Part shown: in pieces, positions 60,586-62,492 of the stretch
Layout of the letters: every line of letters begins with the position of its first letter
Position numbering within the stretch: position 1 is the first letter of the stretch
Assembly: GCA_049999805.1 (NCBI GenBank)
Contig: JBNGIO010006342.1
Coordinates: 467,449-529,940, forward strand
Length of the DNA stretch: 62,492 nt
Source of the DNA: Folioceros fuciformis
Lineage: Eukaryota
Direction: 5' to 3'
Notes under the pieces: model-generated
Told to the model about the DNA's origin: nothing
The model's database searches: none
What the model saw: the letters and a program-made list of their open reading frames with translations, nothing else
Position numbers and translations under genes: made by a program

Positions 60586-62211
60586 AGCATGCAGTTATAT
60601 ATTAGAATAATGTTACACTCTTTGGTATTAATTTAGTTGTTAGAAATGATTAGAATGAAAACTTCACTTTGTTGAAAAAGCACTTATAAACCTATGAACG
60701 GTAAATCTACATCACAGTCGTTCATGGTAGTATTAGTTAGACTCATTCCCAAGATAATAAGGTTTCATCCTAGTAAGTCATTTATTGTAGTATATTCTAG
60801 ACTCATTCCCAAGAAAATAAGGTTTCATCAATCGCAGATAAAAATAATTAAGTTAGCTCCTATTGACCAATTAGGTTAGTTTCTATTAACCAACTATGTT
60901 AGTTTTTATTGACCAACTACGTTGATTTCTATTGACTCAATTTGCTATTTGACAATTCGTAGAACTAGACGTTATTTCACAGGAGGTCATGGCATGCTTG
61001 GTGAACGTCTAACGAGACTTTATACCTAGCAAACCAATCTCCAATGAAGGTCATAACATACTTGTGGAACATTTAACTAGACTCTATACCTAGCAAACTA
61101 ATCTCAAGCAAATTGTTAGGCCTCGTATGAGAAATTGGTATTTAAGATGTTTAGAGGGGGAGTGGGAGCCTCAAGGGTTTTTCTCTCTAAACCTATCTAT
61201 ACTATTGTCTGTCTCACTTTCTTTCTATTTTCTAGCCTCAAGTCTTTGCAATCATGGCAAAGAATCATCGTTCCTAGTCCTAACGACGAAGCAATGGTTC
61301 AGATAGGGAGCGATATCATGGGGGTGGTAGCCAACAAAGAGTAGGGAGCGATATCATGGGGGTGGTAGCCAACAAAGAGTAGGGAGCGATATCATAGGGG
61401 TGGCAGCCAACAAAGTGTCCCTGGAAGGACTAGCCTCACTCAGACATCTCCCAACTATTGAGCTATAGGAGAGAATTAGGTGGATGTACTTACTACTACT
61501 TTACAAGATGAAGGTAGACTTCACCCTATGCTATCCATTAGTAGCCTAATTTGGGCTTAGATCACATAAGAGTGCATCTCAATTGCCACCACTAAGGAGC
61601 ACGATAATTATTCGTATTCGGAATTCAGCACACTTCATGTTTTAATCTCGACTAAAAAAGTGTTTCTCAAGCTGTCTCAATCAGCATAGGCCTCACAAGC
61701 GTTTGCACTCACTATCATGTTACCAATCACCAAAAAGTTTTATGGATTGGACAAAGAGTGATAAGGTTGTCATAGCCAATTCTCAAGTTTCTAGGCAACC
61801 ATGTCGATTATGGAGGTGTGAGATTGCTACAAGCACTAAAGAATCCTCCCTCATTTGGAAGACATGCATACACCGATAATTTGCTATTGGCAAACACCAT
61901 TCAAGACTATGAAGGCTCACTACTCCCAAGAAGCATACCCATTTTAGAAGGCGTAAACGTGTCCCGATTTGAGGTGGTGACAGGAGGCGTTACTACCAAT
62001 GTGGGCCTTGAATTCTGTAGATAAGAATCACTTAGAGGAGGCGTGCATGGAGCACCTCTTCTTGCATAAGACACTTATTTTCAAAGGAGCATGCAATTAT
62101 ATATTAGAATAATGCTAGACTCCTTATTATTAATCTAGTTGTTATGGATGATTGGAATGAGAACTTGACTTTGTTCAAGAGCACTTTTTAATCTATAAGC
62201 ACTAAACCTAC
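60586..62211. repeat. AT-rich repeat region bounded by diverged ~125-bp direct repeats (~60586-60712 and ~62087-62211); possible TE remnant
   Basis: gagcatgca(g/a)ttatatattagaataatg... occurs at both ends; internal 60-bp-period duplication ~60718-60830. Confidence 0.6.
61304..61415. repeat. 3 x 38 bp tandem repeat
   Basis: tagggagcgatatcatgggggtggtagccaacaaagag at 61304, 61342 and 61380. Confidence 0.95.
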
Positions 62212-62492
62212 ACTCTAGTAAGTCCTTCTTTGTAGCATAGGGCTAAAGGGTTTAGTGTAAACCTAAACCACCCTGTAGATCAAACATCTTCTTCAGCAAC
62301 AGCAATGGTAAGTAAGTCTATGGTAAGTAGGTCTTTTATTATTTCACATCATAACATTTTGGGAGTAAGTAGTACTGAAAATTATGTTCTTATATCTCTT
62401 TTGTTCTTTCGCTTGGCTCAAGTTATTCCTCCTTTTATCTTTGGAGTAGATAAGGCTTTTTTTTTTTTTTTTAAGAATAAAAAAAAAAAGAC

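Noticed and set aside
61304-61415. Short repeat arrays here and at 7461-7550 resembling CRISPR
   Set aside because: Contiguous tandem units with no unique spacers, no cas genes, eukaryotic context

Overview
Eukaryotic, gene-dense land-plant genomic DNA with short spliceosomal introns; the style suggests a non-seed plant such as a hornwort (inference). Left to right: an unidentified, probably degenerate multi-exon locus (1-3868); Ran GTPase (-); a decayed gypsy-type integrase with a C-terminal PHD finger, split by two Ty1/copia LTR retrotransposons that each keep both LTRs (7911-12863 and 13092-19449); an intronless, strongly diverged TATA-binding-protein (TBP)-like gene preceded by a truncated tandem copy; CSE1/CAS exportin-2 (+); a DOG1-domain gene (-); a DNA2/NAM7 (UPF1/SEN1-like) helicase whose C-terminal module resembles a RelE/ParE fold (-); phospholipase SGR2 (-); a Harbinger-transposase-derived ALP1-like gene (-); an SDR (+); RTF2-like (+); MenB/DHNS with PTS2 (+); a PUB25/26-like U-box ligase (-); then microsatellite and AT-rich repeat DNA. 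There are two 100-N gaps. The most notable items are the TBP paralog lacking key TATA-intercalating residues (TRF2-like divergence), the adjacent PHD-integrase element, and the RelE-like helicase tail. All family assignments come from motif recognition by eye, not database searches.
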